Below are positions 62,645 to 64,000 of a stretch of 64,000 nt of DNA, piece by piece. How positions within the stretch are numbered: position 1 is the first letter of the stretch; every line of letters begins with the position of its first letter. The DNA comes from Macrostomum lignano (Eukaryota). The position numbers and the translations under genes are program-made. The notes below the pieces were generated by a model. That model ran no database searches and was not told where the DNA came from. It saw nothing but the letters and a program-made list of their open reading frames with translations. The stretch spans positions 1-64,000 of the forward strand of contig NIVC01002444.1 in assembly GCA_002269645.1 (NCBI GenBank). Reading direction: 5' to 3'.

Positions 62645-63435
62645 CAGCCCACAGTACTTGAGCTGCACCACACAGTACTTGATCTATACCCCACAGTACT
62701 TGATCTATACCCCACATTACTTGATCTATACCCCACATTACTTGATCTATACCCCACATTACTTGATCTATACCCCACATTACTTGACCTATACCCCACA
62801 TTACTTGATCTATACCCCACAGTACTTGATCTATACCCCACATTACTTGATCTATACCCCACAGTACTTGATCTATACCCCACATTACTTGATCTATACC
62901 ACACAGTACTTGATCTATACCCCACATTACTTGATCTATACCCCACAGTACTTGATCTATACCCCACAGTACTTGATCTATACCCCACAGTACTTGATCT
63001 ATACCCCACATTACTTGATCTAAACCCCACATTACTTGATCTATACCCCACAGTACTTGATCTATACCCCACATTACTTGATCTATACCCCACAGTACTT
63101 GATCTATACCCCACATTACTTGATCTATACCACACAGTACTTGATCTATACCCCACATTACTTGATCTATACCCCACAGTACTTGATCTATACCCCACAT
63201 TACTTGATCTATACCCCACATTACTTGATCTATACCCCACATTACTTGATCTATACCCCACATTACTTGATCTATACCCCACAGTACTTGATCTATACCC
63301 CACAGTACTTGATCTATACCCCACAGTACTTGATCTATACCCCACAGTACTTGATCTATACCCCACAGTACTTGATCTATACCCCACAGTACTTGATCTA
63401 TACCCCACAGTACTTGATCTATACCCCACAGTACT
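62645..63435 (+). repeat. 21-bp minisatellite (cagtacttgatctatacccca), about 37 copies
   Basis: Tandem periodicity. Confidence 0.96.
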
Positions 63436-64000
63436 CAATCACTTCCGCAGACAGGCCGTCACTACTCCTGAGCGCCCACTACGCAGTGACAGATTGCAGA
63501 TTAGCAAATCAAATTAGTATCGCTGAGGGCTATCATGACAGACAGCGGTGCCGGCAGCTTTTTCAGCTCAGTACCGCAGAGTTCTTCATCTGCTGCTCGA
63601 TATGGTTTTGATGATATACTTACTGAGGACGGTGAGTTAACAGTAAATTGTATCTCTTACCAGTAAGGTCTTACTTGTACATTCATTCTTAGATAGTGCC
63701 ATTGATTGTCTACCAATTAATTTCTATACCATCAATTGCAGCCGACCCTGATTTTCAGCGCCAGCCAAGAGTAGGATTTTTACGACCAAGTGTGTGTCGA
63801 ATTGCTATCCAAAATGTTCATCCATTTTTTTGCGAACTAGTGGTTCAATTAGACTGCCTGCTATTTTGCTTTTTTGCTGTTGCTGACTTACCGGATGGGG
63901 ATAGACTTTGGTGTAGTGCGTAGCTAGCGGCTCCCCGCTGAGGGTCTGGAGGGTAGCTAGCGGCTTCCATGAGGGTCTGGAGGGTGGCTAGCGGCTCCCC

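Overview
Eukaryotic (metazoan, intron-containing) genomic DNA, not prokaryotic; no rRNA, tRNA or CRISPR array was recognised. GC-rich, poly-Ala/Gln-rich exons sit among about 20 unrelated 12-50 bp minisatellites. That style is reminiscent of the flatworm Macrostomum, but the organism is an unproven inference. Two developmental/neuronal genes are transcribed divergently. (1) A Shaw/Kv3-like voltage-gated K+ channel on the minus strand: exons 13952-13349, [11151-11017 optional], 10588-10241, 9795-9547, 8891-8025, 5314-4905; all junctions GT-AG and phase 1; about 825 aa. It has a charge-poor S4, TVP in place of the PVP gate motif and a Gly/CxxC turret insertion. (2) A TCF/LEF (pangolin-like) factor on the plus strand: exons about 51405-52125 and 58329-59641, with beta-catenin-binding domain, HMG box, basic tail and C-clamp; its 3' splice site is tandemly duplicated in frame. 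A third gene is hidden by the ORF track because it is split by an intron: a 122-aa secreted prepropeptide (minus strand, 3135-2999 + 2047-1816) with signal peptide, acidic pro-region, KR cleavage site formed across the splice junction, and a 10-Cys mature peptide ending in a knottin-like module. Mobile DNA includes a full-length decayed mariner, LINE remnants, MITE/hAT-like ends and a 1.9-kb long-TIR element carrying a decayed ubiquitin-specific-protease domain. Most long ORFs in the supplied track are artefacts of minisatellites or antisense GC-rich coding sequence. All assignments come from manual motif reading; no database search was run.
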